Shown here one piece after another: positions 10,223-20,567 of a stretch of DNA of 50,932 nt; within the stretch, counting starts at the first letter, position 1, and each line of letters opens with the position of its first letter. Both the position numbers and the translations under genes were made by a program. The DNA is from Chiloscyllium plagiosum (lineage: Eukaryota): the NCBI RefSeq assembly GCF_004010195.1, contig NC_057751.1, positions 16,803,233-16,854,164 on the forward strand, read 5' to 3'. The notes beneath the pieces were generated by a model. That model made no database searches. It had not been told where the DNA came from and was given only the letters and a program-made list of their open reading frames with translations.

Positions 10223-10378
10223 GAATCGACGTTTCGGGCATAAGCCCTTCTTCCGGAAGAAGGGCTTATGCCCGAAACGTCGATTCTCCTGTTCCCTGGA
10301 TGCTGCCTGACCTGCTGCGCTGTTCCAGCAACACATTTTCAGCTCTGATCTCCAGCATCTGCAGACCTCACTTTCTCC
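10223..10378 (+). mobile_element. Penelope pLTR fragment starting with a perfect 64-bp palindrome of the hammerhead motif
   Basis: 10223-10254 is the exact reverse complement of 10255-10286. Continues into GATGCTGCCTGACCTGCTGCGCTGTTCCAGCA...TCCAGCATCTGCAG, as in the copies at ~42250 and ~49970. Confidence 0.75.
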
Positions 10379-11409
10379 TTAGATTTTGTAAACTATTTGT
10401 ATAGTGAGTTTTAGAATTAACTTTGACTTATCAGATTTTCTTTAGTTAAGACCAGTGTGGAGCCAACTGGGCACTTTTTTCCAAACTTGAGTGAGATGGT
10501 CACGATTTAATGAATTTGATTGGAGTACTGGAGCAACATGTGGCTAGAGGTTGCTACAAATATTGGACTGCTGATGTGCTGGCTAGGGTTTTTAAGATAG
10601 CTAGATTAGAGTGGTGCTGGAAAAGCACAGCAGCCAGGCTGTCTATTTTCCTGCTGCTTGGCTGCTGCCTGACCTGTGCTTTTCCAGCACTCTATTCCAG
10701 ACTCTGGTTTCCAACATCTGCAATCTGTGTTTTTTACCTTTAAGATGGCTGCCAAGTGATAATAAGATCTTCCTGTTTACCCCAGATTAACTTGTTACAT
10801 TATAAACCTGCCAAAACTTTCATCACTGGTGGGCAATATGCTTTCAGGAGTGGAAGTAAAAGTATTTGTGCTTATCAATTCTGAGATTGTGGGACTTTTG
10901 AGATGTCAATGTGTACTGAGGTTAGGACTCACTTAGACTGGGATAACAGCACAATGTGAGCTCTGCAGTAGTAGAAATGTTTGAACAGGCTAATTAGGAA
11001 TATCTAACAGTATTGATTGAGGACCGGCTAGGGTACAGAACAAACCGTGACAGTAATGAAAGAATTGGTGTTTGGATCTCTATTTATAGTTTGGATGATG
11101 AAATGTTGGAATAAAACCACTGCAGATGCTGTAAATCTGAAATGTTGCTGAAGCAAGTCAGCAGGTATGGCAGTACCTTTTAATGAGAATGTAACAGTTA
11201 CATCTCTGATCCAGTGACCCTCCAACTGATGGTAGCTAGGAAATGGTGCTCTACTAATGTAGGTACTGCAAGTCAACTTTTTCAGTAAATGGTATTCACA
11301 TAGAATATACTGCCACCTTGGAGTACTCTAGTGTTTATGCAACTTTCTGGAGTGTGATGAGTGGTTTGAGGCAGGGCATATTGGAATTTTTTTCAGTTTT
11401 AATAGGATG

Positions 11410-11700
11410 TGGGTGGCACAGTGGTTAGCACTGCTGCCTCATAGCACCAGAGACCTGGGTTCAATTCCCACCTCAGGCGACTGACTGTGTGGAGTTTGCC
11501 GGGTCTGTGTGGGTTTCCTCAGTGCTCCGGTTTCCTCCCACAATACAAAAAAAATTCAAGTTAGGTGAATTGGCCATGCTAAATTGCCCGTAGTGTTAGG
11601 TGAAGGGATAAATGTAGGGGTTTGGGTCTGGGTGGGTTACGCTTCAGCAGGTCGCTGTGGACTTGGTGGGCCGAAGGCCTTGTTTCCACACTAAGTAATC
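11410..11700 (+). mobile_element. V-SINE (HE1-like)
   Basis: tRNA head, V core and tail as in the 1040 copy. Confidence 0.8.
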
Positions 11701-12369
11701 TTAAAAATGTAAAGACCACTGCGTGAACAGCTAAAACCCATGAGTTGTGTGGTTGCCTCATTGAAATTGTATTGACGCAGTAATCTACTGACTGACGGGT
11801 GGGTCATTTAGGGATGAAATACAAAATGTTTGCAGAGGCTTGCAAATTCTTGGCAATATCTCCTCTCCAACTGAAGGGTGCTTAGATCTTTAGTATATTA
11901 TTGGGTACAGGGGAGGAGAATCGATGGGTGGGGGTGAGATTTAAAGTTTTTGCTCAGGTGTGGAACAGGAATTTTATTTTGTATGCTGGTGACTGAGGTG
12001 AGTTCAGTCAGTACCTCAAAAGAAATCTGAGCACCTTCAGAGATGTGAAGGGCTATGCTGGCATAGCAGGCAATAGTTTAGTCTGGCAATAGGTTAAGTG
12101 GGTTGAGTAGTCTCACTTGTAATGATGCTCTCCATCTGGCATTCTTACCAATAGAACTGCAGACAATCTTTATATAGATGAAACCCTTTGCACTGACAAC
12201 ACCTTTTTAAATGAAAGGGCACTCTAGCAATGGTAAAAGAGAGACGAGACTGGGCATATAATAAGATCGTGCATCAGCATCAATTCTCCAACCTCATGGT
12301 CAGGTCAGCTTTAGATCAATGCAGAGTGCAGAAGGGGTACTAGACACAGCTTTAAAACAATGTAGGTGA

Positions 12370-12990
12370 AACAGAACTGCAGATGCTGGAAATTATAGAG
12401 CTGAGGGTCAGGTGGCATCTGAGGAGCAGGAGAACTGACATGATAAAAACCATTCATCAGGAATGAGGCTATAGGCTGAGGGGGTGGTGTGATNNNNNNN
12501 NNNNNNNNNNNNNNNNNNNNNNNNNNNNNNNNNNNNNNNNNNGGGTATGGTGTGGGTAAGTTAGGAAACTGGTGCAATTCATATTGGTAGTGTGGGGTTG
12601 GAGGGTCCTGAGGCATTCTTTCTCCAGCTGCTGAGGGAGTGGCGATGGAGGAGGCCTAACATCTACATGCCCTTGGTGGAGGGGGAGTTGAAACCAACAG
12701 TGGGGTTGGTTGGTGCGATTGTCTCAGATGTTCTCTGAAGTGCTCTGCGAGTAGGGCCTTGAGTGGAGGTGTGGACTCAGATTTTGCAATTCCTGCTGGG
12801 GCAGGGGAAGGTGGGCTGTTGGGGGGCGGTGGACCCAACAATGGAGTCACCGAGGGAATGGTCTTTACGGAAAGTGGGGAGGTGGAATGTGTTTGGAAAT
12901 GGAGGGTGATGCGATGTGTCACCCTTGATGAACTTACCACACAGGACCACTTTCATGCCAAACAGCATGTGATAAGAGCTCCGATCTAAG
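12370..12990 (-). mobile_element. Degenerate Penelope-like element fragment (GIY-YIG/3' region)
   Basis: Minus strand ...HFREHLRQSHQP... resembles the GIY-YIG C-terminal region of the 42240 copy; pLTR-like CTGCAGATGCTGGAAA end. Contains an N gap. Confidence 0.55.
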
Positions 12991-12999
12991 CTCTGCACT

Positions 13000-13345
13000 G
13001 AATGGAGATGGACAAATAACTTGGAGGAAACTTTGCCCATTCCTAATAATGGGGAAGCCCAACATATCCATCCAAAAAGGGGTAAGACAGATAACTGACA
13101 ATGTAGAAAACCACTTCGTGCTGTCCCATCCACAGAGGCAGGACAAATCCAACCAAACCAGTTACTGCCTCGTCAGTCTACTCTTGATCAACACTAAAGT
13201 GATGGAAGGTGTCTTCAACAGTGCTACTGAGCAATAACCTGCTCAGTGACGCCCAGTTTGGGTCCCGCCAGAGCCATTCAGTTCCTAACCTCATTACAGC
13301 CTTGGTTCAAATGTGAATTGTGAAGGTGAGGCGAGGCTGACTGCT
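13000..13345 (+). mobile_element. Degenerate non-LTR LINE RT fragment (L2/CR1 group)
   Basis: Reads ...KSNQTSYCLVSLLLINTKVMEGVFN...LLSDAQFG, corresponding to the RT motifs NYRPISLL and QFGFR. Confidence 0.6.
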
Positions 13346-13614
13346 CCTTGTATGACATTTTTAAACCGACTTCGAGCTTTCTCAACTCTTGACAGAACAA
13401 AAGGTCAAGTGGAAATGTTAACCATCTCTTCCCCACATCCCAACCTGCCATATATTCCCAGCATTTCCTGCTTTTAAATTTCAGATTCCCGTAATATTTA
13501 GTTAAAGGCAGCCGTGTGGTGTGCGCTCTGCCAAGTCTCCCACCTGCTGATTATTTGCCTCATTGGAATACATTGCAATGAAACATTTACCATCGCAAAC
13601 AAATTAAAGTTCCG

Positions 13615-13620
13615 TTTATT
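13615..13620 (-). terminator. GGCX candidate polyadenylation signal
   Basis: TTTATT on + (AATAAA on -), about 95 nt past the GGCX stop. Confidence 0.6.
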
Positions 13621-13713
13621 GCTTATAAAAAATAGTTCAGGGTTTCTTCTGGACATGGACATATTGACTTCAGGAAGCTTGGGATTTGAACCGGCGATGT
13701 GGATGCGAGATTA

Positions 13714-13879
13714 TCATAGTTCAGCGTGGTCTTCCACCTTAGGCCAGGCCTTCCTCTGAGCTTCAGGGTCTGTGTTTTCGTAAAGTTTCATGTTTGCAAA
13801 CTCGAGCTCCTCCATTAGTTGCTCCATGGGGGGTCGTCCGAACAGGAGGTTCCGTATCGCGTAGCCGGTCATGAGAATA
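13714..13879 (-). CDS. GGCX: GGCX last coding exon
   Basis: (S)ILMTGYAIRNLLFGRPPMEQLMEELEFANMKLYENTDPEAQRKAWPKVEDHAEL*; acceptor aag|. Confidence 0.9.
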
Positions 13880-16800
13880 CTTTGGGTGAGGGGGGGAAAT
13901 GGTACAGAAATGTTATAGGAACAAAGTCACAACACTGTAATGGTGTACCAAGATACCGGAGTGGTTAACATTAACACTTACATATTCACGCAGACCCTCT
14001 CTCACCCACACACACACACTCTCTCACAGGCTTACAGTCCATCACACACACTCACGTGCATTCACTGTCATGCACACGCACACACACATAAGGCTATGGG
14101 GTGAATTTGTCTTTGCAGAATTATATTTGCAGATACATTCTATTTTGCTCAAAAAAAATGCACAATCTGCAGGCATTCATTCCATGGAATATTCTGTAAA
14201 TTCCACTTTGGAAGTGGAACCAGCCTGACTCAAGACTGGGATACTGACAGACTCTAAGCTGAGATGTCACTTTTTTATTTAAAAAAAAGACCTTAAGTCA
14301 ACTCGGGAATGTGACTGGAAAGTAGTTCTGGGATTTACATATTAATGAACTGAAACCTGCTACCCATTCTAAAAGATGAAAGATTTAACAACAATACAAG
14401 TTTGTTCAATATCTCAATTCAGTTGCATGATGCTGTAATCTTTTGCTATAAATTCTGTGTCACATGATCCTGCCCCACGAGCTCCCTGATGAAGGAGCGA
14501 CGCTCCGAAAGCTAGTGCTTCCAAATAAACCTGGTGTGGGATTTTTAAGATTAAAAAAAGCATGTGGTTGAAGCTTTTCATTTCATCAGGACAGCATTGC
14601 AAGAATAACAGAGTTTTAAATGGCCCAACCATTCATAATGTATGCAAAAAGGGACAGACAGAATAGGAAGGCAGGAAAGTTGACTCCGACCGGGAGAACG
14701 TTCTGGAGAATTGCATTGGTATGGCTTCTGATTGTTTCAAAACACAACGACCTGTTACTTCTGTAACGATATGGGTAAAACCCTGCTGGTTAATTTAAAC
14801 CAGCAACACAGAAAAAGATTTATCCCATGTTGTAATCTGAAAATTCATGAGGCCAAGAACTATCCCAAAGGTCACTATTTAAAGTAAAAATTAACAACTT
14901 TATTTCTTAAAGCATAGCAGAGAATAATTAACTAACAACTATTTACAACTCCTTTCTCTAACCTATCTTTTACCTTCCCCTCCTACAATACTAGTCCGAT
15001 AAACCCCACCCCTGTTTCAGATTTACCAAAAATTCCAATTTCAATACCAGCTAGCTGTCGAATCTGCTCTTTATATCTTCCTCTGGTCATCTTTTCTTCT
15101 TGTCGATTTGCTGTTTCACAGGTTACTGATCGGTAAAGGTACCTTTAAGAGAGCTATTCTCCGTGCAGTTTGCAGATGCTGCTGGCCTGGCAGTTCTCCT
15201 CTCAACAGTTCAATTTTCCCCTGGTCTTATTCCCCCCCCCCCCAAGCATCAGATTGTGTCATTGGCTTTTAAGATTCTCAATTCAAACTTGATTGGAGTT
15301 TGGGTTTTCTTTCTGGGGTATAATTTAAACTGATTGGCCTAATGCGATTTTCTTGTCTCCTGGCAACCAGCTACAGAACCAAAAGCTTACATTATATCTT
15401 GTTTGGAACACTTGGTGTTGTCAGGTAGCTCTGCTAACCTGCTTAAAAAGGTACAGCACACCCACATCTTCATAACACTTAGACCTGTGGAGGGCAGGAG
15501 GAGAAATAGCATAGGGCCAGCGCAGTTGAGAGCGGAAGCAGTCCTAGCGCACTCGGGCTGTTTGGCAAGTGTTGTCCAATCTAACGTTAGAAAGCAGGGG
15601 CTGTTTGACCGAGTCGTTGGGAGGTTTGGCACTGACGTGGGAAATTTCACGTGCAACAGTACTCCGACCAGTCACTCACCTCCTTCGGAAAGTTTGGTGT
15701 TTCTTCTGGGCAAACCGGACAAATCTCTCAGCCAGCGTTGCGTTCTTCCTCCGCTCGTATTCCACCTGCCGGCGCTGTCGACGCACGAAAGCGGCCAACG
15801 CGGGATCCGTGATGTTGACGTCCTCCGAGCTCCCATTCAGCACCGTCTGCACCTCAGGCGAAATCTCCTCCGTCTCTGAAGGGGGCAACAGGGAGAGGTG
15901 ACCATGACGAATATAACCCACCTCGAGCTTCATTCACACGATGAAAAAAATGGAACTCGGGGAATCTTAGTGGGTCTTATACACTTAATGGTAAGGTCCT
16001 GGGGAGTGTTGCTGAACAAAGAGACCTTGGAGGGCAGGTTCATAGCTCCTTGAAAGTGGAGTCGCAGGTAGATAGGATAGTGAAGAAGGCGTTTGGTATG
16101 CTTTCCTTTATTGGTCAGAGTATTGAGTACAGGAGTTGGGAGGTCATGTTGCGGCTGGACAGGACATTGGTTAGGCCACTGTTGGAATATTGTGTGCAAT
16201 TCTGGTCTCCTTCCTACCGGAAAGATGTTGTGAAACTTGAAAGGGTTCAGAAAAGATTCACAAGGATGTTGCCTGGGTTGGAGGGTTTGAGCGATAGGGA
16301 GAGGCTGAACAGGCTGGGGGCTGTTTTCCCCGGAGCGTCAGAGGCTGAGAGGTGACCTTATAGAGGTTTACAAAATCATGAGGGGCATGGATAGGATAAA
16401 ATAGACAAAGTCTTTTCCCTGGGGTGGGGGAGTCCAGAACTAGAGGGACATAGGTTTAGGGTGAGAGGGGGAAGATATAAAAAAAGAGACCTAAGGGGCA
16501 ACTTTTTCACACAGAGGGTGGTACGTGTATGGAATGAGCTGCCAGAGGATGTGGTGGAGGCTGGTACAATTGCAACATTTAAGAGGCATTTGGATGGGTA
16601 TATGAATAGGAAGGGTTTGGAGGGATATGGGNNNNNNNNNNNNNNNNNNNNNNNNNNNNNNNNNNNNNGCATGGACGGGTTGGACCGAAGGGTCTGTTTC
16701 TGTGCTGTACATCTCTATGACTCTAAATGGGACTGGATTGGGTTGGGATATCCGGGTCAGCATGGACGGGTTGGGTCAAAGGGTCTGTTTCCATGTTGTA

Positions 16801-17586
16801 CATCTCTATGACAAAATTACAAACAAAGTAGAGGGACTAAGTTTCGGAGTTATGAGGTCTTGCTGCAGCTGTACAAAACTCTGGTGCGGCCGCACGTGGA
16901 GTATTACGTATAGTTCTGGTCACCACATAAGAGAAAGGATGTGGAAGCTTTGGAAAGGGTGCAGAGGAGATTTACCAGGATGTTGCCTGGTATGGGAGGG
17001 AAGGTCTTATGAGGAAAGGCTGAGGTACTTGAGGCTGTTTTCGTTAGAGAGAAGGAGGTTGAGAGGGGACTGAATTGAGCCATACGAGGGTTCGATAGGG
17101 TGGACAGAGAGAGCCTTTTCCCTCGGATGGTGATGGCCAGCACGAGGGGACATAGCTTTAAATCGAGGGGGCGATAGATACAGGACAGATGTCAGAGGTA
17201 GTGTCTTTCCTCAGAGAGTAGTAGGGGGCATGGGACAAGACTCGCCAACGTTAAGGGCATTTAAGTGGTCAATGGAGAGGCACATGGATGAGAATGGAAT
17301 GGTGTAGGTTAGATGGGCTTCAGATTGGTTCCACAGGTCAGTGCAACATCGAGGGGCCGAAGGGCCTGTACTGCGCTGTGTGAGTCGGTGAATTTCCTCA
17401 TCTACGTTGTGAATGCCAAAGGTGGACTCTGCACGTACCTGTTCCGTTCTTGATCTTCTCCTGCAGCTCCACAAAACGGGTGTACGTCTCCTCAAAACGC
17501 ACCATGGTGGTGTTCACGTAGATGTACATGTAGCAGGAGGGCTCCTCCGATATCGTATACACGTGGTGGTAGTCACCAGCTGGTAA
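13714..17586 (-). CDS. GGCX: Vitamin K-dependent gamma-glutamyl carboxylase, last three coding exons (5' part absent from window)
   Basis: complement(join(13714-13879,15680-15875,17439-17586)): LPAGDYHHVYTISEEPSCYMYIYVNTT...FVRRQRRQVEYERRKNATLAERFVRFAQKKHQTFRRSILMTGYAIRNLLFGRPPMEQL...DHAEL*. Matches the GGCX C-terminus; tail-to-tail with MAT2A as in mammals. Confidence 0.93.
14040..14560 (+). mobile_element. Single arm of the hammerhead-bearing foldback element family
   Basis: Similar to the right arm 23090-23490 (TTTTGCTCAAAAA...TTTTGCTATAAATTCTGTGTC...). Confidence 0.6.
14483..14517 (+). ncRNA. Minimal type I hammerhead ribozyme motif (PLE-associated)
   Basis: CUGAUGA-A-GGAGC[GAC]GCUCC-GAA-AGCU-A; core intact, helix I weak. 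Confidence 0.6.
15680..15875 (-). CDS. GGCX: GGCX penultimate exon
   Basis: (E)TEEISPEVQTVLNGSSEDVNITDPALAAFVRRQRRQVEYERRKNATLAERFVRFAQKKHQTFRR; cag| ... |gtgagt; 196 nt. Confidence 0.92.
15972..16810 (+). mobile_element. CR1/HER1-type LINE 3' fragment with duplicated 3' tail
   Basis: KVESQVDRIVKKAFGMLSFI...VRPLLEYCVQFWSP...LERVQKRFTRMLPGL...FFTQRVVRVWNELP; tail GGACCGAAGGGTCTGTTTC present twice. Confidence 0.9.
16850..17380 (+). mobile_element. CR1-type LINE 3' fragment (second subfamily)
   Basis: LQLYKTLVRPHVEY...LERVQRRFTRMLPG...SYEERLRYLRLFSLERRRLRGD. Confidence 0.85.
17439..17586 (-). CDS. GGCX: GGCX third-to-last exon
   Basis: LPAGDYHHVYTISEEPSCYMYIYVNTTMVRFEETYTRFVELQEKIKNGT; cag| ... 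|gtacgt; 148 nt. Confidence 0.93.
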
Positions 17587-17927
17587 CTGTAACACAAAGC
17601 AAGAGTGTCAAGTGCCAACTGGACGCGCGGTGGCCGTTCGCCCGTCCCGGGCAGCGCCAGCTCACCGCCGTCAGTCCCCACCAAACCCCCTGCGGGTCTA
17701 CGTCCCGTTCGATTTCCTGTCATTCGTCATTCCCCGCCCCTAACCTCAAATCTAATGCCCTGCCCATTATACCGTCAGCTAGACCATAAGACATTGGAGT
17801 CAAAGTAGCCCTTTCTGTTCTGCCACTCAATAACGTCAGCGGTCAATCCGACCGTCCACGACTCCCACGTTTCCTGCCTTTTCCCCCTTCCCGATTAAAA
17901 ATCTGCCTTAGATTTGCGATTTTTTTT

Positions 17928-18232
17928 TAGATTAGATTCCCTACAGTGTGGAAACAGGCCCTTCGGCCCAACAAGTCCACACCGACCCTCCAAAGAGCAA
18001 CCCACCCAGGCCCATTCCCCTACATTTACCCCTTCACCTAACACTACGGGCAATTTAGCGTGGCCAATCCACCCTAACCTGCACACTTTTGGACTATGGG
18101 AGGAAACCGGAGGAAACCCACGCAGACACGGGGAGAATGTGCAAACTCCCCACAGAGAGTTGCCTGAGGCGGGAATTGAACCCGGGTCTCTGGCACTGTG
18201 AGGCAGCAGTGCTAACCACTGTGCCACCATGC
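17928..18232 (-). mobile_element. V-SINE (HE1-like)
   Basis: Reverse complement of head, core and tail. Confidence 0.85.
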
Positions 18233-18402
18233 TGCCTTTGATGCACTTCCAACACAGACTTGAGAAGTCATGAACGGAGTGATCTCCAAAGACCAATCGA
18301 GTTCCCCCGATTTTTCATTTATTTTCCGTATTTTCAATAGACAAAAATAAAAGTCTGTCTTAAAACCGTATCTGAACATCACATTTAATTCTGTCTCAAA
18401 AT

Positions 18403-18762
18403 GGGTGACACGGTGGCTCAGTGGTTAGCACAGCTGCCTCACAGTGCCAGAGTCCCAGGGTTGATTCCAGCCTCGGGGCAACTGTCTGTGTGGAGTTTGC
18501 ACATTCTCCCCCGTGTCTGTGTGGGTTTCCTCCGGGTGCTCCGGTTTCCTCCCACAGTCCAAAGATGTGCAGGTTAGGGTGAATTGGCCATGCTAAATTA
18601 CCCATAGTGCTCAGGGATGTGCAGGTTAGGGTGGATTGGCCGTGCTAAATTACCCCATAGTGTTAGCTGCATTAGTCAGAGGGAAATGGGGCTGGGTGGG
18701 TTACTCTTCGGAGGGTCAGTGTGGACTCGTTGGGCCTGTTTCCACGCTGTAGGGAATCTAAT
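18403..18762 (+). mobile_element. V-SINE (HE1-like)
   Basis: Head, core, 2 internal units, tail. Confidence 0.85.
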
Positions 18763-19209
18763 TAAAACTGGCGTTACCCTATACCCTCTCTGCCAAATCT
18801 CCCCTCCATCACCTCTGCTGGGCGGAAGACTACCCCTTAATTTGGGAACCAGCTTTGTGAAGGAAGAGAGATTTGTGAAAAGAAATAATTGGGCACCCAT
18901 TGTGTTACGGAAGCTTTTGTGATCGAAAACGTAACTGGGGCAGGGTTTTTGTATAGACAACGACTTTTTCCTTTCAGTGACCAAAATATTCCGATGAACG
19001 GTCACGAACACAGTCAGCCCCTTTCCGGTTCCTGCGTTGACATAACAAAATAAAGATTCGGAATGGACCAGTACCAACTACAGCTTGACACCGATAAACT
19101 GACAGGAGAGATGGCAGACAGCGAGTTGACCTGATACGCCACATTATAGGAAAGGTACGCACGCATTGGAGAGAGTGAGTGCAGAAGCAATTTGCAAGAA
19201 CTATACTCC

Positions 19210-19365
19210 CAAGGTAAGGTCCTGGGGAGTGTTGCTGAACAAAGAGACCTTGGAGTGCAGGTTCATAGCTCCTTGAAAGTGGAGTCACAGGTAGATAGGA
19301 TAGTGAAGAAGGCGTTTGGTATGCTTTCCTTTATTGGTCAGAGTATTGAGTACAGGAGTTGGGAG
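19210..19365 (+). mobile_element. CR1-type LINE fragment
   Basis: Near-identical to 15990-16143. Confidence 0.8.
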
Positions 19366-20378
19366 GGATTGCAGGTTCGGGAAACTTGAGCGATGAGGCT
19401 AGGTTNNNNNNNNNNNNNNNNNNNNNNNNNNNNNNNNNNNNNNNNNNNNNNNNNNNNNNNNNNNNNNNNNNNNNNNNNNNNNNNNNNNNNNNNNNNNNNN
19501 NNNNNNNNNNNNNNNNNNNNNNNNNNNNNNNNNNNNNNNNNNNNNNNNNNNNNNNNNNNNNNNNNNNNNNNNNNNNNNNNNNNNNNNNNNNNNNNNNNNN
19601 NNNNNNNNNNNNNNNNNNNNNNNNNNNNNNNNNNNNNNNNNNNNNNNNNNNNNNNNNNNNNNNNNNNNNNNNNNNNNNNNNNNNNNNNNNNNNNNNNNNN
19701 NNNNNNNNNNNNNNNNNNNNNNNNNNNNNNNNNNNNNNNNNNNNNNNNNNNNNNNNNNNNNNNNNNNNNNNNNNNNNNNNNNNNNNNNNNNNNNNNNNNN
19801 NNNNNNNNNNNNNNNNNNNNNNNNNNNNNNNNNNNNNNNNNNNNNNNNNNNNNNNNNNNNNNNNNNNNNNNNNNNNNNNNNNNNNNNNNNNNNNNNNNNN
19901 NNNNNAAATTAATTAAAAGGGCAGAAACGGAATTGATGGATTGGTTGGAAAGTTATGCAGAGTGGGGTTGAGATCTAAAACAAAGGCAGGCTTATCGGGC
20001 TGAATATATTGCACCCCCCCCCCCCCCCCCTCACCACTGGTCAGATCTGTGTTGACAAATGTCGGACTAATTGCGTGTGTTTGATTGATTTTCGACATAA
20101 GAACATGGCAGTGAGCGTAGCGCCCTTTTTTTAGGGGAAATAAAGTGATTCCAACAAGCCTGAGGGAGTGATTGAAAGCACTGTCTGTCACTTGATAGCT
20201 GAGCTTGCATCCTGTCAGTTTGATAGATGGATCGAATAAAACTTTCACTGGTGACTGTTCAGCCTGTAGAAACGCAATCAGCGCGGAGATTTGTCAACTG
20301 CTCTGATCCTCGAGCATTTTAATGGACTTTGCGGTTTTCCCACTTCCCCCTTTAATGGGTTTTGCATCCCGTGCACAG

Positions 20379-20567
20379 ACGCCAGAGGAGAAAGAACAGC
20401 TCCTGGAAATGGAGGAGTTCAAGGAAACGATGACAGAGTCCACCTTCTTGTACCTGACCCTCGACCTGCCCACAGCCCCGCTCTACAAGGATGAGAAGGA
20501 GCAGCTGATCATTCCGCAGGTCCCCCTCTTCAACATCCTGGCCAAGTTCAATGGCATCACAGAAAAG
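20379..20567 (+). CDS. USP39: USP39 exon
   Basis: TPEEKEQLLEMEEFKETMTESTFLYLTLDLPTAPLYKDEKEQLIIPQVPLFNILAKFNGITEK; 189 nt. Confidence 0.95.

Noticed and set aside
18676..19200. Further GGCX exon in minus-strand ORFs
   Set aside because: No similarity to the expected upstream GGCX sequence (LHLENFVSEDLGNTSI...).
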